NCBI GenBank assembly: GCA_951406725.2
Contig: OX597817.1
Location: forward strand, 157,294,001 to 157,358,000
Direction of reading: 5' to 3'
From: Octopus vulgaris
Taxonomy: Eukaryota
DNA length: 64,000 nucleotides
This document shows, piece after piece, positions 39,802 through 52,204 of the stretch; position 1 is the first letter of the stretch; every line of letters starts with the position of its first letter. The notes beneath the pieces are model-generated. The model searched no databases. It worked only from the letters and a program-made list of their open reading frames with translations, and was not told the origin of the DNA. The position numbers were made by a program, and so were the translations under genes.

Positions 39802-40017
39802 TACAAGGAGGTGCTGAAAAGTTCCTGGTTTTAAGGGTATTGCAAAAGGTTTGGTTGGAGGTCCAACCTTCTGAGTTCTTTTACAGGGCTTAGAAAAGCT
39901 GAAGGGCCACTGCAATCAGTGAATGAATCTGAGAGGGGTAATATGTTGAATAAAATCATAATTAACTGATCTGCCTATATTTTCTTTAAGTCAGGAACTT
40001 TTCAGCATTCCCTTGTA
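39802..40017. mobile_element. Mariner-type MITE
   Basis: TA-caaggaggtgctgaaaagttcctg / caggaacttttcagcattcccttg-TA. Confidence 0.75.
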
Positions 40018-41100
40018 CTTTTGTACAATTCCTCTTTGTAAGCATTGGAAATAATGTCTAATAAGTATTTTCTCCTCCTGGCGCTTGAGCCCTGTGCTAG
40101 AGTGGTTAACTGGCTTCTGTGCTGGTGGTACGTAAAAGGCACCATTCGAGTGTGATCATTACCAGCATCGCTTTACTGGCACCTGTGCTGGTGACATGTG
40201 TAAAAAAATTCAAGCGAGGTCATTGCCAGTACTGCCTGACTGGCCCCCGTGCCAGTGGCACGTAAAAGCACCCACTACACTCTCGGAGTGGTTGGCGTTA
40301 GGAAGGGCATCCAGCAGTAGAAACTCTGCCAGATCAAGATTGGAGCCTGGTGCAGCCATCTGGTTCGCCAGCCCTCAGTCAAATCTTCCAACCCATGCTA
40401 GCATGGAAAACGGATGTTAAACGACGACGATGATGATGATGACTCCAATGTATTAATCTCTCAATACATGTTTCCTTCAACATGCCTCACCTCAGACAAG
40501 CAACAGGTGGGATAACAAAAACAAAAACTGTCATATTACACTGATGGGTAACCTTTTTATTGAGAAACTAATGAACGCATTCTACTGCCAATTATGTTTC
40601 AACAGGTCTAACATCTCTGTTACTGTCCAACAGAATGTCATTCTTAATGTATAAATTCTCCTTTGTTGTTTGAATTCTATTACCTATGTATGCTGTGTAA
40701 ACCATCCACTTTTAGAAATACTATATTTAAAAGAAAAAAAAAATTGCAAGGCCCATTGTTTGCTTAAGGCTCTGGACTTGATCAGGAATCCTAACGTAAC
40801 TGTGTTGTGACTTCGAGCAAGGTACATAACTCTGTTTTCTCCAGTTAACCCGTTTGAACATGTAATAGGTTTCATAGTTGAGTAGTTAACAGTAGGAGAG
40901 ATGTCCAGCTGTTAGAAAAATCCCCTCCCCTTCAAAAAAAAAAAAAGACGTTCCAACAAAATCCATCACACTCATTCTGACATTATGGCTGTAATATCTT
41001 TGAACGTAGATCTGTTTAGTCAGGGTTTTACTCAAAGTAAAACATTATAAGCAATAACAAATTTAAATATGTGTATCTATTTGTTTTTGTTCTGACTCAG

Positions 41101-41289
41101 GACGTGGTCGACCTCCAAAGAAAAACAAGCCAAAATATGTAGAGTCTGATGAGGATATAGATGAGGTGAAAACGCCAAAGAGACGGAGGCGTGCGGCGAA
41201 AGCAGAGGTAGAAGAAGCTGGGAGTAGTGAATCATCTCCACCTGCTCGACGGCCATCAAGAGCAGCTGCAGCAAAGAGAAACAGTTATG
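41101..41289 (+). CDS. APLF: APLF-like exon F (AT-hook GRGRPPKK, KRRRR, RRPSRAAAAKRNSY)
   Basis: Acceptor ttgttctgactcag and donor gtaaat; 189 nt, phase 1-1, open. Confidence 0.8.
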
Positions 41290-42707
41290 GTAAATCTAGT
41301 TTGCTTTTCAAGAACTGAAAACACCAAATATTATAAAAGTATCTGAACAGTCTTTATTGTTGTTTGAGCATAGTGTGTGTGTATGTGCAGACCCTCATCT
41401 ATGTGAGATGAGCAAACAATGGGAGCCTCTATGCTGTCATTCAGCCTGCTGGAAACGGCAGCTGAATGTCTCTTAAACCACACATTTACGATCCTGATTA
41501 AGACTATATTAACACTATGTAGTCTTACACACTGGTAAAAAAAAACTAAGATGGTCAAAATTTGATTGCTTTTGATCATTGATTTGCTCAATCAGGGTTG
41601 ATTTGTGGTTTAACAATAATGACCAGAAAAGAAAGTAAGATAGTTGACAGGCTATATAATTGGTAAATTGGTTCCCTTTGTATCTATTTGTATATAGTAG
41701 TTATATATAGAAGCATATGTTTTGTCTACAGGACTACCAGGAATCTTCATTATGTTAGTGTGTGTGTGTGTGTGTAGCTGTGCTGTTTAGTGGTTTGAAG
41801 CCTGTCACCATCTCTGTAGTACGTTAATAGTTGAAATACTTGAGTCTCAATACTCGAGTCTAGCTAAGGTATGTTCTGTGCGTATTTCAGTTCACCATAG
41901 TAAACAGAAACATTTGTGTTTCAGATCCTCTTAAGGCGCCAAAATAACTTGAGTTAATCAGGTTCCTCATCAAAGTAATGAAAGATATATGAAGTGTATA
42001 AAATAACAGATTTGGCGGTTGTTGTATTCAGGTAGTTGTTGTGTAGTGGCCTCTATCCCACAATCCCTGCTCAAGGTAGTCAGTCAGACATGGCATATTT
42101 TTATGTAGCTAAGCTTTAAACTATATATTTTCATGTGAAGCAGTATATTTTGTAGAATGCAGTGTAGCAGTCTGGACATGTTTCCTTCACATTGTAGTCT
42201 ATTTTTGTCTGTCTGGTGGTGAGCACAGTGGTAGCAGGAACCAACATGGTCAGAGCACAGTCTCTTGTACTTGTTTCTGGTGGTATCTTTCCCTTTCATG
42301 GTGAAAGGTGGTGATCTGGCAGAAACGTTAGCACGCCGGGCGAAATACGTAGCTGTATTTCGTCTGCTGTTACGTTCTGAGTTCAAATTCCGCCAAGGTC
42401 AACTTTGCCTTTCATCCTTTCGGGGTCGATAAATTAAGTACCAGTTACGCACTGCAGTCGATGTAATCGACTTAATCCGTTTGTTTGTCCTTGTTTGTCC
42501 CCTCTGTGTTTAGCCCCTTGTGGGTAGTTAAGAAATAGGTATCTTTCCCTTTCATGGTGATTCACAAGAGTTAGGCAATTTATATTGCAGCTGTTTTTAT
42601 GTTTATGTGTTGTTTGTGTTTCTCAAGATAGGGTGAGAAAAATAGGGTTTTAGGATGACGTAGGGTATTGGGGCAGGGTTCCAGTAGCTTTTGCTCCTGC
42701 TAGAAAT

Positions 42708-43080
42708 TCATCATCATCATCATTTAACGTCCGTTTTCCGCGCTAGCACGGGTTGGACGTTTCGACCGGGGTCTGGGAAGCCAGGGGCTGCTCCAGGCTC
42801 CAGTCTGATCTGGCAGAGTTTCTACGGTTGGATGCCCTTCCTCACGCCAACCACTCCGTGAGTGTAGTGGGTGCTTTTTACGTGCCACCTGCACAGGTGC
42901 CAGAGGGGGGGGGTCCGGCATCGGCCACGATCGGTAGGAGCTTTTAACGTACCAGCGGCACGGAAGCCAGCCGAGGCGGCGCTGGCAACGTTCGGATGGT
43001 GCTTTTTATGTGCCACCAGCACAGAAGCCAGTCGGAGCGGCGCTGGCATCGTCCACGTTCGGATGGTGCTTTTTATGTAC
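42708..43080 (-). mobile_element. SINE family A
   Basis: Tail plus about three units on the minus strand. Confidence 0.8.
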
Positions 43081-43399
43081 CAAAATGGTAAATTGATGAT
43101 GAAATTAAAGTCTTAGATCGTATGTATTAAAATAGTATTGATTCCATATATTTGAAGCCATAAAAGATGCATGGGGATCAGAAATGCACTCTGATTTCAG
43201 CAGTGTATATTCAAGAAAAAAATTTGTATGCATTAAAGCTTATGGGAGGTCCAAGTTCACATATAGGTCCCAGGGTGATATTTAGAGACTCTTTTTGGAA
43301 AAAATGCATCTTATTTGCCATCAAATACAGTAATTAGCTATAAAAAAAAAACCTGTAACTTGTTGGCCAAGACTTCTGACTTCAACTCTATCTATGGAA

Positions 43400-43780
43400 G
43401 ACTTGTCTTACAAACAATAACTCTGAGCATCTTTTCAAACTCCACCCATCTAACACCCGTGGACATATTTACAAAGTAAGAAAACAGCAGAGCTCCCATG
43501 ACTTCAGGAAACATTTTTTCATGCTGAGAGTTGCTGAAGCATGGAACAAACTGCCGGCATCAGTTGTTAGTTGTCGGAGCACTGCATCCTTCAAAACTTC
43601 CATGCTTCCTGAGATTCGCCAACACTGCACTTGATTTTCTCCCTCCATACACACACAAGCATGTATCTGACTCATACACTGTTCGCTTTCCAGACATTTC
43701 TACATTACTGCATGTACTTTATATGCACTTTCTGACAAGTTGTGGTGCACCTGAGCACTGTATACAATAATTTCATTATT
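43400..43780 (+). mobile_element. CR1-clade LINE 3' fragment (same family as 18965-19485)
   Basis: TRGHIYKVRKQ...FRKHFFMLRVAEAWNKLP plus a shared 3' UTR. Confidence 0.8.
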
Positions 43781-43865
43781 TATTTATCTTCACCCAAAAT
43801 AGCAACAACAGTCCTACATTATTATTGCATTACCATTGCCTTTTACAATTTATTTTTTATTTCAG

Positions 43866-44035
43866 TTGATGACTTCGTTATTGGAGATGAATACAGTGAT
43901 GATGATCTAAGATATCGGCGCAGGACATATAAGGAAGATGATGATGATGATGAAAACGATGAAGACTTTATTGCTTGGGATGATGATGATTCAGGCAGTG
44001 ACTGGGAAAAGAAGAGAGGCACAAGTCGAGGACGA
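43866..44035 (+). CDS. APLF: APLF-like exon G (acidic: VDDFVIGDEYSDDD...EDFIAWDDDDSGSDWEKKRG)
   Basis: Acceptor ttttttatttcag and donor gtaagt; phase 1-0; overlaps ORF 43742..44077. Confidence 0.8.
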
Positions 44036-44306
44036 GTAAGTGTCTCCACATGGAAATTTGTTGGTTTATTTTATTAATTCATTTTCATATTTCTATCTTC
44101 CCCATGGTGTAAGTTGGATAAACTAAGCAATACTTGTTCTTAATGCCAGTGACTCTGTTAGGGTTAGGGTTAGAGTTAGGATTAGGATTAGGGTTATTAG
44201 ATAATGTGTCTAGTCCAGTATAAAATTTGTAGCTGGCCAGGGTTTTGGGGAGTGGTGTAGTCTATCATGCTTGAGTTCACAAGGATAATGCTTGAACCAA
44301 CAGTTC

Positions 44307-44345
<39 letters not shown>

Positions 44346-44350
<5 letters not shown>

Positions 44351-45243
44351 TCTGATCAATAAGTATCTGGACTGTTGCCATAGAAACGAAGCTAAAGCAC
44401 ACAGGGTAAAGCCACTTGGCACAGATTGACCTGAAACTCTGCTGTGCATACGCACTAAGTTTTAACGTTCTAGCTTACTTCAGCTGTTTACAGCAGTGCT
44501 TGGAAGGAACGTGTGTAGCGTGTGATTGTCGCATTGAACATGACAGAAAAAGTTGAGCAGAAAATCTGCATTAAATCTTGCCGAAAGTTTGGCGATACCT
44601 GCTCAGAGACCTACGCAAAATTTTCAAAATGTCATCGTTCTTGACACAATCAAGGAGATCTTGTGCAACTAAAACCCGAGTGTCTTTTTGGTCAGCTGAA
44701 GACAGTTTTGGCACAAACTTGGCAGACATGCATCTCATACCCAAATCTCCAATGATAATGGATTGAATTGAACCGTAACTAATTGCACATCTTCTGATAA
44801 CTCGCAGATGCTGATTCGACAATTTCCCCCTCACAGCTGCATGCATATCTGCAATATTTTTCTCAGTTCTGCTGGTTGTGTGTCTCCCAGAATGTACGAC
44901 AGTATGGACATTTTTTTTTTGGACATCTTGGAAACACCAGAACTACTCGTACACTTGTGTGCGGCTCATACACTCCTCTCCATACACTTTCTGCAACATT
45001 GTGTAGGCCTCTGAGCAGGTATCACCATGACAACTTTCTCTGTTATGGTCAATGCAACAATCTCATGCTACACATGATCATTTCAAACACTGCTGTAAAC
45101 AGCAGAAGTGAGCTAGAACGTTAAAATTTAGTGTGCATGCACAGCAGAATTCAAGGTCAATCTGTGCCAAACGGCTTCACTCCATGTGGTTTAGCTTCAT
45201 GACTATGGTAACAATCTCGATACTTATTGATCAGACCTTGTAT
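44346..45243. mobile_element. Mariner derivative made of two inward-facing 5' ends
   Basis: TIR ggtctgatcaataagtatc at both ends. Transposase N-terminus MTEKVEQKICIK on +, and a longer N-terminal part to ...LGMRCMSAKFVPKL on -. Confidence 0.75.
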
Positions 45244-45256
45244 ATTTATATATATA

Positions 45257-45556
45257 CTAGCAGTATTGCCCGGCGTTGCTCGGGTTTGTAAGGGAAATAA
45301 CTATATAAGCATTTTTAGAGAGTTATAGCCAAAAAATAACAAAAAAATGCATTAAAAATGGGAAAAAAAATGATGGTAAATTTTTTTCAAAATTGTAGAC
45401 TCATTGTAGACGCGCGCTAATACCCAGAAGGGCTCGATATGAATCACGACTATAAGATACCCGGTTTTGGTTAAACTGCACCGCAAAATGTGGGAGTAGT
45501 TAGGAATCTAAATCGTAGGAGACAGACACACAACTTGACTTTTATATATAAAGATA
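45257..45556 (-). mobile_element. Helitron-like element
   Basis: Minus-strand 3' end cccgagcaacgccgggcaatactgCTAGt and 5' atctttatatataaa. Confidence 0.6.
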
Positions 45557-45774
45557 CACACACACACACATATATACAAACCAAAACTCTAATACTGTAA
45601 ATACTTAACCCGCTAGCATTCAGATTGTTCTGTCAAATGTAATGCTTATTTATTCATATTGTTTTGAATTAATCAGATATTACCATGTAGATTTCAATGA
45701 TGTGATTGTTGATTTTTAGAATGACATTGTAGGGTAGGTGCGAGAGTCTAGATCTGGCCAGTTTGAACATAAAA

Positions 45775-46456
45775 TATCAATGGAAACAGTAGTTGTGATA
45801 CCTGTGTCGGTGGGACATAAAAAGCACCATCCAAACGTGGCCGTTGCCAGCGCCGCCTCGACTGGGTTCTGTGCCGGTGGCACATAAAAAGCACCATTCG
45901 AACGTGGCCGATGCCAGCTCCGCCTCGACTGGCTTCTGTGCCGGTGGCACATAAAAAGCACCATCCGAACGTGGCCGTTGCCAGCGCCGCCTCAACTGGC
46001 TTCTGTGCCGGTGGCACATAAAAAGCACCATCCGAACGTGGCCGTTGCCAGCTCCGCCTCGACTGGCTTCTGTGCCGGTGGCACATAAAAAGCACCATCC
46101 GAACGTGGCCGTTGCCAGCTCCACCTCGACTGGCTTCTATGCCGGTGGCACATAAAAAGCACCATCCGAACGTGGCCGATGCCAGCTCTGCCTTGGCTGG
46201 CTTCCGTGCCGGTGGCACGTTAAAAGCACCAACCAATCGTGGCCGATGCCAGACCCCCCTGGCACCTGTGCAGGTGGCACGTAAAAAGCACCCACTACAC
46301 TCGCGGAGTGGTTGGCGTTAGGAAGGGCATCCAGCTGTAGAAACACTGCCAGATCAGACTGGAGCCTGGTGCAGCCCTGGCTTCCCAGACTCCAGTCAAA
46401 CCGTCCAACCCGTGCTAGCGCGGAAAACGGACGTTAAACGATGATGATGATGATGA
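45775..46456 (+). mobile_element. SINE family A with about seven tandem 67-bp units, nested in a TTAA MITE (45605-46503)
   Basis: Unit starts at 45839, 45906, 45973, 46040, 46107, 46174 and 46241. Confidence 0.85.
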
Positions 46457-48369
46457 TAGAACATTTAGGCTGAATATAGCTGGTTTAAATGCTGAAAGGT
46501 TAAACATATACTCAGGCATTAACACATATATTTATACACATTTACATTCACAGTGATGCATTTACTTGAATCTAAGTGTGAAGACAGTAATGGTCAGTTT
46601 GTCAGAGTGCTCAAGGAGTTTGACCTTTTAGTATTCAGACCACTCGGTCAAATGTAATGCTTATTTATTCACATTCATCATCATCATCATCATTTAACGT
46701 TCGTTCTCCATGCTAGCATGGGTTGGACGGTTTGACCGGGGATCTGGGAAGCCAGAAGGCTGCACCAGGCTCCGGTCTTATCTGGCAATGTTTCTACAGC
46801 TGGATGCCCTTCTTAACGCCAACCACTCCGTGAGTGTAGTGGGTGCTTTTTACATGCCACCCGCACTGGTGCCAGGCGAGGCTGGCATCGGCCACAGTCG
46901 GATTGGTGCATTTTACATGCCACCTGCACGGAAGCCAGTCGAGGCGGCACTGGCTTCGGCCACGATTCGGATGGTGCTTTTTACGTGCCACCGACACGGA
47001 AGCCAGTCGAAGCGGCGCTTGAATTAATCATGCATTATCTCATAGATTCGAGGGTTCAGTGACTTGATTGTTTATTTTTTTGAATGGCATTGTAGGACAG
47101 GTGGGAGAGGCTGGACCTGGCCAGTTTAAACGCTAAAGGGTTAAAATCATTTACTCAGAATATTGGATTGGAACTTACATACAGTCAGTTCTGGGTTTCT
47201 AATCTCTCATCTTGATGAGTTTAGGTTTCCAGCTTAACCCTTTAGTATTTAAACCGGCCATATCCGGCCAAAATAGTTAATCTGTTTTATGTTCAAACTG
47301 ACCAGATCCAGGCTCTCACACCTACCCTACAATGTTATTCTACATTAAGTGATTACACCATCAAGATCTTGAAGATATGAGATAATGCATGATTAATTCA
47401 AATCAATGGGAATCAATAAGCATTATGTTTGATAGAATAATCTGAACACTGGTGGTTTGTGGAACTGGATGATAAGCATTGAGTTGTTGTTTAATTCTGA
47501 TCAAGCAGACCACCATAGCTTCACTTGATCAGAGCTATTTCACCCATTACCATCTTGTATGTTCAAGCACAAATGTATACCAGACTATGTTATATGTTTT
47601 GTATTTTTTTTTGGTATGGGAGGGACTTTGTGAAAAGGTACAGGCGAGCTGGCAGAAACGTTAGCACGCCGGGCGAAATGCGTAGCCGTATTTCGTCTGT
47701 CGTTACATTCTGAGTTCAAATTCCGCCGAGGTCGACTTTGCCTTTCATCCTTTCGGGGTCGATAAATTAAGTACCAGTTTCGCACTGGGGTTGATGTAAT
47801 CGACTTAATCCCTTTGTCTGTCTTTGTTTGTCCCCTCTATGTTTAGCCCCTTGTGGGTAGTAAAGAAATATATGTGGTTAAGAAGTTAGCTTTCCAACCA
47901 GATAGTTTGGGGTTCAATCCTACTGCATGACCCCCACTGAGCTGAGCAAAACCTTGTGAGTGGATTTTGTTGATAGAAAATGAAAGGTGTGTGCGTGTGT
48001 GTGTGTGTGCCTGTGTGTGTTTCTGTCTCTTTGTTTTGATATGACATGAAAGTTGTAAATGAGTACCACTGTTACACAGTGTCAGTCATTTCCAGCTTTC
48101 TGTGGAAAGTATGTCTGGCCTTGCTTGGAAACTGACAAGAAAATTTACATCTACAAATTCTGTCTGACCCATGCGAGCATGGAAAAGTTTATGTTAAGAT
48201 GAGTGTGATTCAGGGAGATGTCTGCTGCTATTTTTAGCAGGCTAAGCAACCACTTAGAGTCTCCCTCTTTGGTTTGATAAGCATCTAATAATCCAGAAGT
48301 TTGTTGATTCTTCCCCCGTTCCTTTCTGTTTCTATTAAGAAAATAATTCTATTGTCCTTGATTTTGTAG

Positions 48370-48689
48370 GGTAAAGGTCGGGGCAGTCCAAAGAAATTGT
48401 CACTGAAACCAAGAGGCCCTGGAAAGAGTGTAGGACGAAAACGACGAAGGCGAAGGAACTGTGACGAAGATTCTGACGAAGAGCTGGACTCATACATTCC
48501 TAGACCGAGTCGAAGAAGGGCTGCGGCTCGAGCACAAAAAGAGGAGGAGGAAGGAGAAGAAGAGGAGGAAGAGGAAGAAGGAGAAGAGGAGGAGGTGGAG
48601 GAGGAAGAAGAGGAAGAGGATTCAAGCAAGAAAGCTGGACCCGAGAAAAAAGAAAGAGTTCCATGTCAATATGGAGACAAGTGTTTCAG
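48370..48689 (+). CDS. APLF: APLF-like exon H (GRGSPKK, RKRRRRR, poly-E tract, start of PBZ1 RVPCQYGDKCFR)
   Basis: Acceptor attttgtag and donor gtatgt; phase 0-2; CxYGxxC half of a PBZ finger. Confidence 0.88.
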
Positions 48690-48874
48690 GTATGTAGGGG
48701 CTGTCTCTGGTTTTGTCTCTTCTGTTGTAAAATGGTATTTTAATTGGTAGTGAACGTGTTGTAGAAATGGTGGTGGTGGGGTAGGTGATTGGGAAACATG
48801 GTGATGGTGGTAGTACGAGGGAGCATATTCTGATGATGATGATGATGATGATGATGATGGGGGAAACGTTATTC

Positions 48875-49245
48875 TTTTTACTCTTTTACTCTTTTACTTG
48901 TTTCAGTCATTTGACTGCAGCCATGCTGGAGCACCGCCTTTAGTCGAGCAAATCGATCCCGGGACTTATTCTTTGTAAGCCCAGTACTTATTCTATCGGT
49001 CTCTTTTGCCGAACCGCTAAGTGACGGGGACGTAAACACACCAGCATTGGTTGTCAAGCAATGCTAGGGGGACAAACACACACACACACACATATATACA
49101 TATATGTACATATATACGACGGGCTTCTTTCAGTTTCCGCCTACCAAATCCACTCACAAGGCTTTGGTCGGCCCGGGGCTATAGCAGAAGACACTTGCCC
49201 AAGATGCCACGCAGTGGGACTGAACCCGGAACCATGTGGTTGGTT
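48875..49245 (-). mobile_element. SINE family C
   Basis: Reverse complement of the 20002 copy. Confidence 0.8.
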
Positions 49246-49415
49246 GGTGGTATTGTTGCGTAGTATTTGGTTGTTTGCACTGCATTTAACAGTGCTATTT
49301 ACATACATGTATGCCTACATGCATGCATGCATACATACATGATGGATTCTCCTGTTGGAGACGATGTATGAATGTTCAGCTTATGCCAAATGACTTGCAC
49401 AAATGATTTGTTTAG

Positions 49416-49862
49416 GGCGGCGAGCTGGCAGAAATGGTTGCATGCTGGGCGAAATGCTTAGCTGTATTTTGTCTGCCGTTACGTTCTGAGTTCAAATTCT
49501 GCCACGGTCGACTTTACCTTTCATCCTTTCGATGTAGATAAATTAAGTACCAGTTACGCACTGGGGTCGATGTAATCGACTTAACCCCTTTGTCTGTCCT
49601 TGTTTGTCCCCTCTATGTTTAGCCCCTTGTGGGCAATAAAGAAATAAGAAACGTTAGCACGCCGGGCAAAATGCTTAGCGGTATTTTGTCTGCTTTTTCA
49701 TTCTGAGTTCAAATTCCACCGAAGTCGACTTTGCCTTTCATCCTTCTAGGGTAGATAAATTAAGTACCAGTTACACACTGGGGTCGATATAATCAACAAT
49801 ATCTCTTGGCCTGTCCTTGTTTGTCCCCTCTGTGTGTGGCCCCTTGTGGGTAGTAAAGAAAT
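49416..49862 (+). mobile_element. Head-to-tail dimer of SINE family B
   Basis: The body repeats twice; the second copy starts at gaaacgttagcacgccgg near 49648. Confidence 0.75.
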
Positions 49863-51637
49863 AACAAATGATTTGTTTCTAGTAATCAAATCTATCTGTT
49901 GTACATTAGTTCACTCTCTCCATCAAATCGATGTTTTCTGAACAGAAGCATGATGTACCATGCATCAGTTGTTGAAGTGATTGCAGAGCAACACGAGATG
50001 AAGTGTTTTTTCTCAAAAACACAATTCTCCACCCAGTCTAGGAATTGAAATCGCGATCATGAGTGCAACCCCCTAACTACAGGGCCATGTGCCCTCACAT
50101 ACATACATGCATGCATAGGTGCAGGAGTGCCTGTGTGGTAAGTAGATTGCTTACCAACCACGTGGTTCTGAGTTCAGTCCCACTGCATGGCACCATGGGC
50201 AAGTGTCTTCTACTATAGCCCCGGGCCGACCACAGCCTTGTGAGTAAATTTGGTAGATGGAAACTGAAAGAAGCCTGTTGTATCATTATCATCATCATCA
50301 TCATTTAACGTCCGTTTTCCATGCTGGCATGGGTTGGACAATTTGACTGGAGTCTGGGAAGCCAGGAGGCTGCACCATAATCCAATCTGATCTGGTAGTG
50401 TTTCTACAGCTAGATGCCCTTCCTAACGTCAACCATTCTGAGTGTAGTGGGTGCTTTTACGTGCCACCGGCACGAGGGCCAGTCAGGTGGTACTGGCATC
50501 GACCAAGCTTGAATGGTGCTTTTCATGTGCCACCAGCATGGGAACCAGTCGGGTGGCACGGGCAATGACCACACTCAAATGGTGCTCGGCTGGCACTGGC
50601 ATCGACCACACTCGAACGGTGCTTTTTATGTGCCACTGGCATCTCAAAATAAATACAGTAACGAAAAGTTAAAAGGCATAAAACATACATATGTGCAAGC
50701 ATGGATGGATGATTGCCTCCTCTGATTAGAATTCAGCTTGATTGTTCTTATTTTACTTTCACCCTTACATGTGTATGGTTATGACCTTTCACGCTATGCA
50801 TCCATCAGCATAGGACTTTATAAGCTACAAAACAGATCAAAAAATGAAACAATGGTGCAGCATTTGTGTATCATTGGATTTAAGTGACAAAAGCTTGTAC
50901 AACACTTTTGCCACTCTCTCAGTCACCATAGCAGCGTCCAGTGGCCGGCATTGCAAGATGACTGGTGCTGTTGTGACTGCAAGTTTTATGTCAAAGTATC
51001 TTCCTCCTAGAAGGACTGCCTTCCCTACAGCTTTGTCAAAAATAATGGGAGCATTCTCTATCCCTGAGAAATCCATTTAACCCATACATAGGTCCTTTAT
51101 ATGCACTACCATTCTGGGTCAAATTGGACCTGGGAGTAATAGCAATTAAGAGATAACTCCATGCTCCCCACAACTCCAGAACTCCCAAACTGTTTGCGTT
51201 TATGTATTTATTTATTTATTTATTTGTGTGTATGTATCTGTTTCTTTTTCTATGAAGTAACTGGATCTTATCTTAATCTCAGTAATTTTCCCTAATTCAC
51301 TGCTCTCTCTCTCTCTCTCTCTATTTCAATACACCTTTTAGTCTCTTTCTCTACTTCTCTTGTTTCTCTCTCACTTTTTTTATCTCTCATTCTCTGTTTT
51401 GTTTCTTTATTTTCTCTCCTACTTCACTTATTCTATTTCTAGTTTTCTCTATTTCCTCTCTCTCTCTCTCTCTCTCTGTTTCTCTCTCTCTGTCTGTTTC
51501 TCTCTCTCTCTCTTTCTATCTATATCTATCTATCTATCTATCTCTCACTCACTTTGCCTCCTAAACACACTTGTCCATAATTATAACAACTTACCCCAAC
51601 TTAAACAAACAAACTCTTTATCTGTTCTGACTTTCAG

Positions 51638-51805
51638 GAAGAATGCCTCCCATCTAAAGGAGTTCTCACATCCTTGTGATGAAGATGTGAAAGGGACAGA
51701 GAAAGATGTTTCTCAAACTGGAGGTGAGGAACAGGAGAGGAAAGAGAGGAAAAATGCCAACAAACAAGAAAAGCCTGAGTGTCAGTATGGAGTTGCATGT
51801 TACAG
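51638..51805 (+). CDS. APLF: APLF-like exon I (end of PBZ1 KNASHLKEFSHP; start of PBZ2 KPECQYGVACYR)
   Basis: Acceptor ttctgactttcag and donor gtttga; 168 nt, phase 2-2. Completes the PBZ consensus CxYGxxCxRxxxxHxxxFxH. The next exon was not found before the window end. Confidence 0.9.
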
Positions 51806-52036
51806 GTTTGAATGCTGTTTTTGTATTACAAAAACTGTTTGGCATTTGGCATGTTTGATGGATGTTTGACAAACAGTATGTCATGAACACTTTTCATTAT
51901 TGTTTTATTAATTCACATTCACAAATCTCTTCTCATTTAATTGCTCTTGTTGTTGCTACTGCTATTGTTGCTGCTGCTGAAACTCTATCGAGGCTGTTTG
52001 TGTGAGGTGATCGAGACCTGTGCAGAATCTTGAGCA

Positions 52037-52067
<31 letters not shown>

Positions 52068-52204
52068 TGTGCGTGCGGGTGTGCACGCATACAAGTTTGT
52101 TGTATGTATGTAGGTAGATGTTTCTCTCTGTGTGTCTGTGTCCGGTGAATTGACAGAATCATTTGAGAGTTACAGAAAATATTACTATGCAGAAATATGT
52201 TGTG

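Noticed and set aside
45800-46290. CRISPR-like appearance of regularly spaced palindromic repeats
   Set aside because: The intervening sequences are near-identical rather than unique spacers, the array lies inside a eukaryotic SINE, and there are no cas genes.
48285-48629. Antisense Ser-rich ORF
   Set aside because: It is the reverse complement of APLF exon H (poly-E).
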